NCBI GenBank assembly: GCA_002439085.1
Contig: DJSW01000009.1
Location: 42,192 to 106,191 of the forward strand
Reading direction: 5' to 3'
Length of the DNA stretch: 64,000 nucleotides
From: Alphaproteobacteria bacterium UBA6324
Lineage (GTDB): Bacteria > Pseudomonadota > Alphaproteobacteria > CAAGCB01 > CAG-977
In this document: positions 16,781 through 26,189 of the stretch, one piece after another
How the letters are laid out: every line of letters starts with the position of its first letter
Position numbering within the stretch: the first letter of the stretch is position 1
Translations under genes and position numbers: made by a program
The notes under the pieces: model-generated
Seen by the model: only the letters and a program-made list of their open reading frames with translations
What the model was told of the DNA's origin: nothing
Databases searched by the model: none

Positions 16781-18190
16781 ATGTATGATCCCAAATCGTT
16801 AAAAGCGGAAGAGTTCATCAATCACGACGAAATTCTGGCGACGCTGGATTACGCCGAAAAAAACAAGCACAACGCGGCGTTGATCGACCAAATCATCGCA
16901 AAGGCGAAACTGTGGAAAGGACTGACTCATCGCGAGGCGTCCGTTTTGCTGGCCTGTGACCTGCCCGACCGGAACGATCAAATATTCAAGTTGGCGGAAC
17001 AGCTGAAAAAGGATTTTTACGGCAACCGCATCGTTTTGTTCGCGCCGCTTTACCTGTCGAACTATTGCGTGAACGGGTGCGTGTACTGCCCCTATCACGT
17101 TAAAAACAAACACATTCCCCGCAAAAAATTGACGCAGGAACAGATCAAGGCCGAAGTCGTCGCCCTGCAGGACATGGGGCACAAGCGGCTGGCGTTGGAG
17201 GCGGGCGAAGATCCCGTCAACAACCCGATCGAATACATCCTTGAAAGCATCAAGACCATTTATTCGATCAAGCATAAAAACGGCGCGATCCGCCGCGTCA
17301 ACGTCAACATCGCCGCGACGACGGTCGAAAATTACAAAAAGCTGCATGACGCGGGAATCGGCACCTACATCCTGTTTCAGGAAACCTATAACAGGGAATC
17401 TTATGAAAAGCTGCATCCGACGGGACCCAAGCACAATTACGCCTATCACACCGAAGCGATGGATCGCGCGATGCAGGGCGGAATAGACGACGTGGGGCTG
17501 GGCGTTTTGTACGGGTTGGAAAACTACGCCTACGAATTCGCCGGTTTGCTGATGCACGCCGAACATCTGGAGGCCGTCCACGGCGTCGGACCTCACACGA
17601 TTTCCGTGCCGCGCATCTGTCCTGCGGACGACATCGACCCCGCGTCGTTCAAAGACGCCCTGCCGGACGATATCTTCGCCAAAATCATCGCCTGCATCCG
17701 CGTTTCGACGCCCTATACGGGCATGATCATTTCCACCCGCGAAAGCCAGCGGATGCGCGAACGCGCCCTGCATCTGGGCATTTCGCAAATCAGCGGCGCG
17801 TCGTCCACGTCGGTCGGCGGGTACGTTGTGCGCGAAACGGAAACGGCGCAATTCGATCGCGCCGACACCCGCACGCTGGATGAAGTGATCAAATGGCTGA
17901 TGGACATGGGATACATCCCCAGCTTCTGCACCGCGTGCTATCGCGCCGGACGCACGGGCGACCGGTTTATGGATCTGTGCAAATCGAAACAGATTCTGAA
18001 CTGCTGCCACCCGAACGCGCTGATGACCCTGAAAGAATATCTGGAGGATTACGCGTCCCCCGAAACGAAAGCGGTCGGGTACGACCTGATCCGCCGCGAA
18101 TTGGGCAACATTACGAACCCGAAAGTCCGCGCGGTTTGCGAAGACCATTTGGAACACATCGCCGCGGGCGAACGCGATTTCAGATTCTGA
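16781..18190 (+). CDS. hydG: HydG-like radical SAM enzyme ([FeFe]-hydrogenase maturase tyrosine lyase family).
   Basis: GNRIVLFAPLYLSNYCVNGCVYCPY is a CX3CX2C radical SAM cluster in a HydG-type context. The C-terminus has a second Cys motif CTACx13Cx7CC. 469 aa. AAAGGAG SD 8 nt before ATG 16781. Confidence 0.7.
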   Translation: MYDPKSLKAEEFINHDEILATLDYAEKNKHNAALIDQIIAKAKLWKGLTHREASVLLACDLPDRNDQIFKLAEQLKKDFYGNRIVLFAPLYLSNYCVNGCVYCPYHVKNKHIPRKKLTQEQIKAEVVALQDMGHKRLALEAGEDPVNNPIEYILESIKTIYSIKHKNGAIRRVNVNIAATTVENYKKLHDAGIGTYILFQETYNRESYEKLHPTGPKHNYAYHTEAMDRAMQGGIDDVGLGVLYGLENYAYEFAGLLMHAEHLEAVHGVGPHTISVPRICPADDIDPASFKDALPDDIFAKIIACIRVSTPYTGMIISTRESQRMRERALHLGISQISGASSTSVGGYVVRETETAQFDRADTRTLDEVIKWLMDMGYIPSFCTACYRAGRTGDRFMDLCKSKQILNCCHPNALMTLKEYLEDYASPETKAVGYDLIRRELGNITNPKVRAVCEDHLEHIAAGERDFRF

Positions 18191-18204
18191 TCCCGATACC
18201 AAAC

Positions 18205-18238
18205 AAAAAAAGCCTTTCCCGACGAAAGGCTTTTTTTG
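18205..18238 (+). terminator. Rho-independent terminator after hydG.
   Basis: aaaaaaagcctttcccgacgaaaggcttttttt. Confidence 0.55.
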
Positions 18239-18258
18239 TGCGGGAAAACGCGCGAAAG

Positions 18259-18291
18259 AAAACCCCCGCCGTTTTTCGTTCCGGCGGGGGT
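18259..18291 (-). terminator. Rho-independent terminator after the minus-strand gene 18311..20656.
   Basis: The minus strand reads cccccgccggaacgaaaaacggcggggg followed by tttt. Confidence 0.5.
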
Positions 18292-18310
18292 GTTCTTTAA
18301 AGGTTGTTGC

Positions 18311-20656
18311 TTACCGCTGTTTCTGCGCGCTGAGCAGCATATCGAAAGCCGATTTCTTCTGTTCGACCTTGAACCCTTTCAGGTTCAGCGGCGAAGCGCG
18401 TTCCGCCGTTTTCAGCGTTTCGGCATATTTCGCCATGCTTTCAAACGTGCGCAGGTCTTTTTTCTTCAGCGCGGTGGCCGTCTGCGGGCTACCCGTGAAG
18501 GTTTCGACCAGATATTTGTGCGTTCCGGCGACTTCGTTGTACAGCGTGGCGGCGACGTTTTTGTCCATGTTGCCCGCGCTCATCTGGTACTGCGCCAAAG
18601 CGGCCGTCGGTTTCTGTTTGGCTTTCTGGTCGATCAGCATGGACAGAACGGGATCGGCGGACACTTTCGCCCACGTTTCCTTGTCCGAACGGATCGCGAA
18701 AGCGGCAACCTGCGTTTCTTTTTCGGCGATCAAAGCCTTTTTGAAATCCTTGCGTTCGGCGCGCAGCGAATCGATCGTGTCGTTGACCGTCATCTTTTCG
18801 GGTTCGCGCTGGTACGCTTTGATCAGCGCGTTCGACAGAGAGGTCGCGACGCGCAGTTCGTTTTTAATGAAATGGACGATCGCGGCGTCGCCGGAAACTT
18901 CGGTCGTCGATTTGATGTCGTCCAACTGTTTTTTGACCAAGCGGTTGGCGGTCAGCATGGCTTCGACGTTCGGTGCCTGTTCGATGACGGCGTCAACGAC
19001 TTTCAGCTTATCGCCGGCGAACTTGTCGTTGCCTTTGTCTTTGCGGCCTTCCAGACGCAGGGTTTCCTTTTCGTCGCCCAAAACGGCGTGCATTTCGGCG
19101 CGCGATTCGGTGGTGTCCAGTTTGTCCAGCAGATCAGCCTGATACTGCGCGACGCTGAGGGCGCGCTTGTTTTCCGTTTTGGTCGCGTTGGCGCGCTGGG
19201 CTTTCAGCTTCTTTTTCAATTCGGGCGAAAAGTCCGGCGTCGGCGCGGGCAGACCCAAATTGGCGTTCAGCTGGGCGGCTTCGTGATACGCGCTGAGTTC
19301 GCGCTGCAACTCGTATTCCTGTTCCAGCACTTTGTTGTCAACGGGCATATGGTCGCGGGACACCTGAACGCGTTCCATCATCTGTTCGTATTTCGGGTGT
19401 TTTTCGCCGGTCGCCAGAGCGATCGAGATTTCGGCCATCTGCTGACGGGTCAGACCGTAGGTTTCGGACATGACCTGCGCCTGTTTGATGACTTCCAGAT
19501 CCGACATTTTCTGCAGCGAACCGTCGGCCAGATGTTCCTTGGCGTATTTGACCGTGGCGTCGATAACGTCGGTCGTGTGGTACGCCAGCGGCGATCCCAG
19601 CTGTTTGATCGTGTTGGCGACGTTGCGGTCGGCCATCAACTGTTTGAATTTGTTTTCATAATCCGGATCGTTCGGATTCTGCGCCTGCGCCTTTTCTTCG
19701 GCTTCGCGAATCTGTTTGATGAAATCGGTGTCGTATTTCGTGTCGTCCATGCGGCGGTCAACGCACATACGCAAATATTCGATGCGGCAGTCGCCCCAGA
19801 TTTCGGCGCATTTCGTGTTGCCGAAATCGCGCGCCAGCTGCAGAACGGCGTGCGCGTCGGCGATGCATTCCGTGCGGTGGCGGCACATCACGTTGTCCAA
19901 TTCCGTTTCGGCGATTTTGTTGACCGAGTTATAGGCGGACGCGTAGTTGTGGTCGGTCGCGTGTCCCAATTCGTGATACAGAACCAGACGGCGGAATTCG
20001 TCGAAGGAAACGCCTTCTTTCTTGCGGCGTTCTTCGGCGCCGACCACCATGTCCAGAACGTTCGCGCTCATCGCGTCGGGGTTGTCGCCGACGACCAGAT
20101 TGACGTTGCCCAAACCGGCCAGATTTTCCATGGTCGGCGAAACGGCGGCGCGCATCGAAAACGGGTTGCGGTCGGTGATGCCGGCTTCGGAAACGGATTT
20201 CAGAATCTCGTCGTTCGTCAGGAACGTTTTGCCTTTGCCCGCGGCGGCTTTCTGCAATTTGTCCTCGACGTACATATACAGGGATTTGCCCAGCGAACGG
20301 TCGTCTTCGGTATCCAGCAGGTAACGCCCCTGAACCGCGTCGGGGTCGATGATGAACAGCGTGACGCCCGGCATGACCGTGCGGAAACGTTTTTCCATAT
20401 TGTCAAAGAATTGATGCGCTTCGGTGTCCAACGCGGGGGATTTTTCCAATTCGGCGGGCGTTCTGACCGTCAGCGTGTCAGCGGCGTCGCCTTTGGCGAT
20501 GACGGACGTTTGGCCTTTCGGCAGCAAATTGAAGAACGGGCGATCCTGCAAATGGTCGGGACGATCCAAGCCGCTTTCAAAAACCGTGATTTTGCCGGCC
20601 CGCATAAAGGCGTCCAGCAACGAAGAGGTTTTCGATTCTTTGTTTTCTTCAGTCAT
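18311..20656 (-). CDS. Large (781 aa) cytoplasmic-looking HExxH zincin-like protein (HELGH...ECIAD gluzincin-type motifs). No signal peptide.
   Basis: LVLYHELGHATDHNYA...ETELDNVMCRHRTECIADAHAV. AGGAAA SD lies before the second ATG (20656). Terminator downstream. The long antisense ORF 18236..20668+ is a shadow. Confidence 0.7.
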   Translation of the reverse strand: MTEENKESKTSSLLDAFMRAGKITVFESGLDRPDHLQDRPFFNLLPKGQTSVIAKGDAADTLTVRTPAELEKSPALDTEAHQFFDNMEKRFRTVMPGVTLFIIDPDAVQGRYLLDTEDDRSLGKSLYMYVEDKLQKAAAGKGKTFLTNDEILKSVSEAGITDRNPFSMRAAVSPTMENLAGLGNVNLVVGDNPDAMSANVLDMVVGAEERRKKEGVSFDEFRRLVLYHELGHATDHNYASAYNSVNKIAETELDNVMCRHRTECIADAHAVLQLARDFGNTKCAEIWGDCRIEYLRMCVDRRMDDTKYDTDFIKQIREAEEKAQAQNPNDPDYENKFKQLMADRNVANTIKQLGSPLAYHTTDVIDATVKYAKEHLADGSLQKMSDLEVIKQAQVMSETYGLTRQQMAEISIALATGEKHPKYEQMMERVQVSRDHMPVDNKVLEQEYELQRELSAYHEAAQLNANLGLPAPTPDFSPELKKKLKAQRANATKTENKRALSVAQYQADLLDKLDTTESRAEMHAVLGDEKETLRLEGRKDKGNDKFAGDKLKVVDAVIEQAPNVEAMLTANRLVKKQLDDIKSTTEVSGDAAIVHFIKNELRVATSLSNALIKAYQREPEKMTVNDTIDSLRAERKDFKKALIAEKETQVAAFAIRSDKETWAKVSADPVLSMLIDQKAKQKPTAALAQYQMSAGNMDKNVAATLYNEVAGTHKYLVETFTGSPQTATALKKKDLRTFESMAKYAETLKTAERASPLNLKGFKVEQKKSAFDMLLSAQKQR

Positions 20657-20915
20657 AGCGTTTCCTAACATATCTATGAAAACTATATTTATGTTCGCAT
20701 AGTGATACCGCCGTATCCCGAAGTCAAGATTTTTTTAGACAAACACGGAAATTTTTTCTGAAATTATTTTTCCGAACCCCTATTGTTTCCGCCAAATTGC
20801 CGGTTGAACCGTTTTAAAGAAAACCGTCCGGTTCCGGCTATTCGCCCCGTTTGAAAAAAAGATGGAGGCGGGGGCGCGAAAACGCTATCATAATAAAAAA
20901 GGCAAGGAGGCGGAA

Positions 20916-21878
20916 ATGGTCGCATTCAAACGGACGCTGGCGCGTTTTATTGATTATCTGCTGTGGTCGATGGCGATGGTGCTGATTCTGGGCGGGAAAA
21001 CGGGCGAAGAGGTTTTCTACCGTTCATGGCAGTTTTACGCGTCGTTCTGGGTATATGCCGCGGTGGAAGCCGCGCTGGTTTCCGTGTTTAAAACGACGGC
21101 GGGCAAAGCGATGCTGGGGATTTACGTTTGCGCCGCGGACGGGGGAAAATTGCGGTTTTCCGATTCCCTGAAACGGTCGCTGACGGTGTTCGCGGGCGGG
21201 ACGGGGTGCCTGCTGTCCTACGCGTCCCTCGCGCTGCCGCTGTACGCCGTGTACGGGATGCTGCGCCGCCGCCCGATGTTTTGGGACGAAAGCGCCCGCG
21301 ACAGGGTCGAGGTTGTGCCGATGACGCGCCTGACAAAGGGCGTTTTCGCGCTGTTCGTCCTGTTTATGCTGACCGGTTGGGTGTTGACGGTGCGTGTGCT
21401 GTATTTGTCCCGCACGCCGGATTTCGATGAAATCGAGGAACAAACGCTGGCCATGTATTACGAGGATGTCCGCCCGCGCCTGATCCGCGCGCTGTCCGAG
21501 GAATCGCCCCTGTCGCCGGACGCGGCCGTTCGGACGCTGGCGGAATTGGAGCGCGTTCAGAAAAAGCTGCAGGATCAAAGCGAGTATTTGACCGCGGCCA
21601 AGGCGGATTTTGAACGCCGGATCGACAAAATCCCCGTTCCTGCGATCCGTGCCGCGCGGCGAAAAAAGGCGGAAGAGGTGTTCGCCCGCGCCGACAGGAT
21701 GGTGTTTTTGCAAAGCATGATCGTCAGCCTGTTTGAAAACGCGCTGGGCGTTTTTACGACCCCGCGTTCCTACACCGTTTCGGACGGCGTTCCGGTTTTC
21801 GACGATCCGGAAATCAACGCGCGCTATGAAAAGTACATGAGGGTGCTGTATATGTTTCTGGCAAAGGATATGCTCTAG
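20916..21878 (+). CDS. RDD-family membrane protein with a C-terminal cytoplasmic helical domain.
   Basis: KRTLARFIDYLLWSMAMVLILG is the RDD signature. AAGGAGG SD before ATG 20916. Confidence 0.65.
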   Translation: MVAFKRTLARFIDYLLWSMAMVLILGGKTGEEVFYRSWQFYASFWVYAAVEAALVSVFKTTAGKAMLGIYVCAADGGKLRFSDSLKRSLTVFAGGTGCLLSYASLALPLYAVYGMLRRRPMFWDESARDRVEVVPMTRLTKGVFALFVLFMLTGWVLTVRVLYLSRTPDFDEIEEQTLAMYYEDVRPRLIRALSEESPLSPDAAVRTLAELERVQKKLQDQSEYLTAAKADFERRIDKIPVPAIRAARRKKAEEVFARADRMVFLQSMIVSLFENALGVFTTPRSYTVSDGVPVFDDPEINARYEKYMRVLYMFLAKDML

Positions 21879-23047
21879 GCCGCCCGCCGCGTTTCCGCTT
21901 TGCGGCGTTTGCGTTCGCGTGTGTAATACCGGCTGAGCACCGCGACGGATAAAACCGCGCCGGCGACGGACAAGGACAGCCCCCAACGCACGTCAAATCC
22001 CGCGCCGACGATCAAAGCCGCCAGCAACATGGACGACACCGCGCCGACATCCCACCCCAGTTCCGTGTAATAGGTGAAATACAGCGGATGCGACGCGCGT
22101 TTCGTCGCGTTGTAAACGGCGGTCATCAACCCCGTCATCGAAAAACAGTACGCGATCGCGGCGAAAAAGTCGCACGCGATGACGGCGGGGACGGAATAGG
22201 CGAAAAATCCGCGAACCGTCAGGATGACGATGTGCATCCCGTATCCGATATAGCAGATTTGCCGGCCTTTGCCTTTGTCAATCAGGCGGCCGAACACCAT
22301 TGATCCCAACGCGCGGAAAAATGCGGCCAAAGCCAGAATGAACCCGAAATTCTGATAGCTTTCGCCCAACAGCATGAACACGATCAGCGGCCAGATCGAT
22401 CCCGCCTGATAAAACAGCCCGTCGCCGATGAACGCGATGAAACCGAAATGGTCGATGTGTTTTCTTTCCTCGTGTGTCGCGGGGGCGGGCAAGGGCAGGG
22501 ACGGCGTTTTCAACAGCGGGAAAACGGCGACCAAAGTCAGCACGAACGGCATTGTGAACGCGTAAACGGCGTTGAACGACAGCAATATCCCGCCGACCAG
22601 CGGGCCGATGACGGCGACGACGGTCGCGATGGCGTCGCGGATGCCGACGCTGGCGCCGCGGTCGGATTCATCGCCGATCGAAGCGAAATAGTTGTGATAG
22701 GACACCCAGTACAAAACGTCCGCCAATCCGGAAATCACGATGAACGGGATCAAATTCCACGTCAACCCGTCAATCGGCAACATGGCGGGATAGCGCAGGG
22801 CGAACGCGACGGTGCCGACCGTCAGCGTCCAATGCACGCCTTTTTTCAAACAGCAGAACATCGCCAGCGGACGGGTCAGCGTGCGCGAAAACAAAACCGC
22901 GGCATACACCAGAAAGGTCAGTGTCAGGCTCAGCCCCTGTTTGTACAGATAGGCCAGAGTGAACATGGAACACATTTCCCATCCCATGGCGCGCAGGCCG
23001 TAATGGACGTTCAGCAGGTTCAGCTGTTTGTTCGAGAAAAAAGACAT
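21875..23047 (-). CDS. MFS transporter.
   Basis: About 12 TM helices, 390 aa. AAAGG SD. Confidence 0.8.
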   Translation of the reverse strand: MSFFSNKQLNLLNVHYGLRAMGWEMCSMFTLAYLYKQGLSLTLTFLVYAAVLFSRTLTRPLAMFCCLKKGVHWTLTVGTVAFALRYPAMLPIDGLTWNLIPFIVISGLADVLYWVSYHNYFASIGDESDRGASVGIRDAIATVVAVIGPLVGGILLSFNAVYAFTMPFVLTLVAVFPLLKTPSLPLPAPATHEERKHIDHFGFIAFIGDGLFYQAGSIWPLIVFMLLGESYQNFGFILALAAFFRALGSMVFGRLIDKGKGRQICYIGYGMHIVILTVRGFFAYSVPAVIACDFFAAIAYCFSMTGLMTAVYNATKRASHPLYFTYYTELGWDVGAVSSMLLAALIVGAGFDVRWGLSLSVAGAVLSVAVLSRYYTRERKRRKAETRRAA

Positions 23048-23059
23048 TGTTCAACGCCT

Positions 23060-23932
23060 TTAAAACGAGAGGGTTTTCAGCGCGGCTTTGAATTCGTCCG
23101 CCAGATCGGGGCGGTCGAGCGCGTATTCGACGTTGGCCATCAAAAAACCGATTTTGTTGCCGCAATCGAACCGCTTGCCCTCGAACCGCATTCCGTGGAA
23201 CGGCACGCGGTTCAACGTCGCCGCCATGGCGTCGGTCAGCTGGATTTCGCCTTTTGCGCCGGTTTTCTGCTTGTCCAGTTCGGCGAACACTTCGGGCGAC
23301 AGGATGTAGCGTCCCAAAATGGCGCACCGCGACGGCGCCGTTCCGGGGGCGGGCTTTTCAACCATGCCGTTGACGCGCACCAGCTTGCCGTCGTCGTTTT
23401 CAATGCTGAGGATGCCGTAACGCGACGTCTGTTCCTCCGGCACGTCCTCGATCGCGACCAGATTGCCGGCGGTTCGGGGGTATTCGTCAACCATTTGTTT
23501 CAAACACGGCGTTTTGCAATGGAACAGGTCGTCGGGCAGCAACACCGCGAACGGTTCGTCGCCGACCAGATCGCGCGCGCACCACACGGCGTGCCCCAAC
23601 CCTTTCGGTTCGCTTTGGCGGGTGTAGGAGATTTTGCCCGAATCCAGCGTGCAGTCTTTTAAGAAATTCAGCAGATCCGTTTTGCCGTCCCGTTCCAGCA
23701 GGCGTTCCAGCTGCGAATTGGTGTCGAAGTGGTCTTCGATCGCGGTTTTGCCGTGTCCGGTGACGAAAATGAAATGTTCGATGCCGGCGGCGACGGCTTC
23801 CTCCACGGCGTATTGGATCAGCGGTTTATCGACGACGGGCAGCATTTCCTTGGGCATCGCCTTTGTCGCGGGCAAAAAACGGGTACCCAACCCGCCGACG
23901 GGGAAAACGGCTTTGCGGATGCGGACGGTCAT
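23060..23932 (-). CDS. galU: UTP--glucose-1-phosphate uridylyltransferase.
   Basis: AVFPVGGLGTRFLPATKAMPKEMLPV is the GalU signature. AAGGAG SD. Confidence 0.85.
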   Translation of the reverse strand: MTVRIRKAVFPVGGLGTRFLPATKAMPKEMLPVVDKPLIQYAVEEAVAAGIEHFIFVTGHGKTAIEDHFDTNSQLERLLERDGKTDLLNFLKDCTLDSGKISYTRQSEPKGLGHAVWCARDLVGDEPFAVLLPDDLFHCKTPCLKQMVDEYPRTAGNLVAIEDVPEEQTSRYGILSIENDDGKLVRVNGMVEKPAPGTAPSRCAILGRYILSPEVFAELDKQKTGAKGEIQLTDAMAATLNRVPFHGMRFEGKRFDCGNKIGFLMANVEYALDRPDLADEFKAALKTLSF

Positions 23933-24135
23933 AACGGCTCCTTGAACGGTTTTGAATGAATGTCGTTTTTTCCCCTTTTACCCCATTCTTTAGAATAAAG
24001 AAAATACAAAAATGAATTGACAACGGCGCCGCGGCTTGCCAATTTAGGCGGGGTGGGAAAAAACCACAACAAAAGACCATATTCCTGATTAGGAAAACAG
24101 CCGGAAAAACCGAAAATAACCGAGGAGTTATTACC

Positions 24136-25320
24136 GTGAATTTTGTCTTTCTCTCTCCGCATTTTCCGTCACACTACGTGAATTTTGCGGACCGCCTGAA
24201 AAAAATGGGCGTAAACGTTTTGGGAATCGCGGACGCGTCCTATGATTCCCTGACCCCGCAGTTGAAGGAGTCGCTGACCGAATATTACCGCGTTGACAAC
24301 ATGGAAAACTATGACGAAGTCATGCGCGCGGTCGCTTATTTCATTCACAAATACGGCCGGATCGACCGTTTGGAATCCTTTAACGAATACTGGTTGGAAA
24401 CGGACGCCCGTCTGCGCACCGATTTCAACATCGAAGGGACAAGATATCCGGAAGTGCTGGAAAGCAAGCGCAAATACCTGATGAAGAACCACTTTGAAAA
24501 GGCGGGCGTTCCGTCGGCGCGCTGCCATTGCGTCACCACCCGCGAGGAAGGCGCAAAATTCGTCAAGGAAGTCGGCTATCCCGTGTTCGTCAAACCCGAC
24601 ATCGGCGTCGGCGCGTACGCGTCCTATTCGATCAAAAACGACGAGGAATTCAACCGTTTCTATGACAACTATCCCACCGTCCCCTATGTGATGGAGGAAT
24701 TCGTCAACGGTTTGATCGTCACGTTCGACGGCATCGCGAACTATCAGAACGAACCGATTTTCATGACCAGCCACATTTTCCCCGAAAACGTCGCGGAAAC
24801 GGTCAACGCGGGCGACGATCTGCGCTATTATTCGGTTTTGAAAATCGACCCCGCGCTGGAAAAGGCGGGGCGTGCCGTGCTGGCGTCGTTCAACACGACG
24901 GCGCGTTTCTTCCACTTTGAATTCTTCAAACTGTACGAAGACAAAAAAGGACTGGGCAAAAAGGGCGATTACGTCGCGCTGGAGGTCAATATGCGTCCGC
25001 CCGGCGGATGTATGCCCGAACTGATGAACTATGAACACGACACCGACGTCTATCAGATGTACGCCGACATGATCGTTCATAACAAAGTCTATCAGCCGAC
25101 CGAAAAGAAATACATCGGCATTTACGTCGCGCGCAAGGATTGCTTCAACTACGTTCATTCGCACGAAGAAATTCTGGAAAAGTACGGCGATTACCTGATG
25201 CAGTACAATCCGGTCGATGAAATCTTTTCCGCGGTCATGGGCGACCATATGTACCTGATGCGCGCCAAAACGCAGGAAAAGGCGAATGAAATCATGGACT
25301 TCGTTCAGGAAAAACGCTGA
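24136..25320 (+). CDS. ATP-grasp domain protein (carboxylate-amine ligase-like).
   Basis: GTG start with GAGGAG SD. ATP-grasp motifs GYPVFVKPDIGVGAY and EVNMRPPGG. The stop overlaps the start of the next gene (TGATG). Confidence 0.7.
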   Translation: MNFVFLSPHFPSHYVNFADRLKKMGVNVLGIADASYDSLTPQLKESLTEYYRVDNMENYDEVMRAVAYFIHKYGRIDRLESFNEYWLETDARLRTDFNIEGTRYPEVLESKRKYLMKNHFEKAGVPSARCHCVTTREEGAKFVKEVGYPVFVKPDIGVGAYASYSIKNDEEFNRFYDNYPTVPYVMEEFVNGLIVTFDGIANYQNEPIFMTSHIFPENVAETVNAGDDLRYYSVLKIDPALEKAGRAVLASFNTTARFFHFEFFKLYEDKKGLGKKGDYVALEVNMRPPGGCMPELMNYEHDTDVYQMYADMIVHNKVYQPTEKKYIGIYVARKDCFNYVHSHEEILEKYGDYLMQYNPVDEIFSAVMGDHMYLMRAKTQEKANEIMDFVQEKR

Positions 25321-26066
25321 TGAAAATCGAATACTACAACGAATATAGCCCGAATCTGGGGCGTCATATGGAATTGAAGGTCTATGGGCACGCGGGGAAA
25401 CCGGTTCTGGTTTTCCCGTCCCAATGCGGCCGGTTCTATGAATACGAAGGATTCGGCATGATCGACGCCGCTTCGGGTTTTATCGAAGCGGGACGCGCCC
25501 AGTTTTTCTGCGTTGACGGGTTGGATTGGGAAACGTTCGTCTGCGCCGGATGGCCGGGCGACCGTCTGTACCGTTTTGAACAGTATTTCAAATACGTTTG
25601 CGAAGAAGTCGTGCCTTGGGCGTTGGATATCAACGCGATGGGCAGCAACTATCGCGCGGGCGGCATGATGACGACGGGATGTTCAATGGGCGCGTTGCAC
25701 GCGGCGAATTTCTTTTTCCGCCGTCCCGATCTGTTTGACGCGATGATCGCGCAAAGCGGGCTGTACAGCTGCCGTTCGTTTTTCCCGAATTGCGACGAAG
25801 CCGGCGTTTATTTCAATTCGCCGATCGAATACCTGCCGAATATGAACGATCAGGGGACGCTGGATCTGTACAAACGTTCCGACATCATCGTTTCCGTCGG
25901 TCAGGGCGCATGGGAAAACGAATGTCTGAGCGACACGCGCGCTTTGGACGGCATCATGCGCGCCAAAGGCATCCCCGCGTGGGTGGATTACTGGGGTTAC
26001 GACGTGCCGCACGATTGGCCGGCGTGGCGCGTCCAGTTGCCGTATTTTCTGGAACACGTTTTGTAA
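25320..26066 (+). CDS. Esterase family (alpha/beta hydrolase, GCSMG nucleophile elbow) protein, translationally coupled to the ATP-grasp gene.
   Basis: Putative-esterase (PF00756-like) motif TTGCSMGALHAANFFF. 1-nt stop/start overlap. Confidence 0.7.
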   Translation: MKIEYYNEYSPNLGRHMELKVYGHAGKPVLVFPSQCGRFYEYEGFGMIDAASGFIEAGRAQFFCVDGLDWETFVCAGWPGDRLYRFEQYFKYVCEEVVPWALDINAMGSNYRAGGMMTTGCSMGALHAANFFFRRPDLFDAMIAQSGLYSCRSFFPNCDEAGVYFNSPIEYLPNMNDQGTLDLYKRSDIIVSVGQGAWENECLSDTRALDGIMRAKGIPAWVDYWGYDVPHDWPAWRVQLPYFLEHVL

Positions 26067-26082
26067 TAAACGGAAAACAAAC

Positions 26083-26116
26083 GAAAACCCCGCCGTCAAA
26101 AGCGGGGTTTTTATAT
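26083..26116 (+). terminator. Rho-independent terminator after the esterase gene.
   Basis: aaaaccccgccgtcaaaagcggggtttttatat. Confidence 0.55.
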
Positions 26117-26189
26117 GGAAAAAAGTTGTTGATTGAATTTTAATATACGATATGCTGTATTGGTTGATAATCCGAACGGGGAGGGAAAA

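Noticed and set aside
16799-18202. Minus-strand 467-aa ORF covering hydG.
   Set aside because: It is the antisense frame of a strongly supported radical SAM gene. Its translation is Arg/Val/Gly-rich with no motifs.
18236-20668. + strand 810-aa ORF.
   Set aside because: It is antisense to the HExxH protein gene. Its translation is Phe/Arg/Gly/Val low complexity with no RBS.
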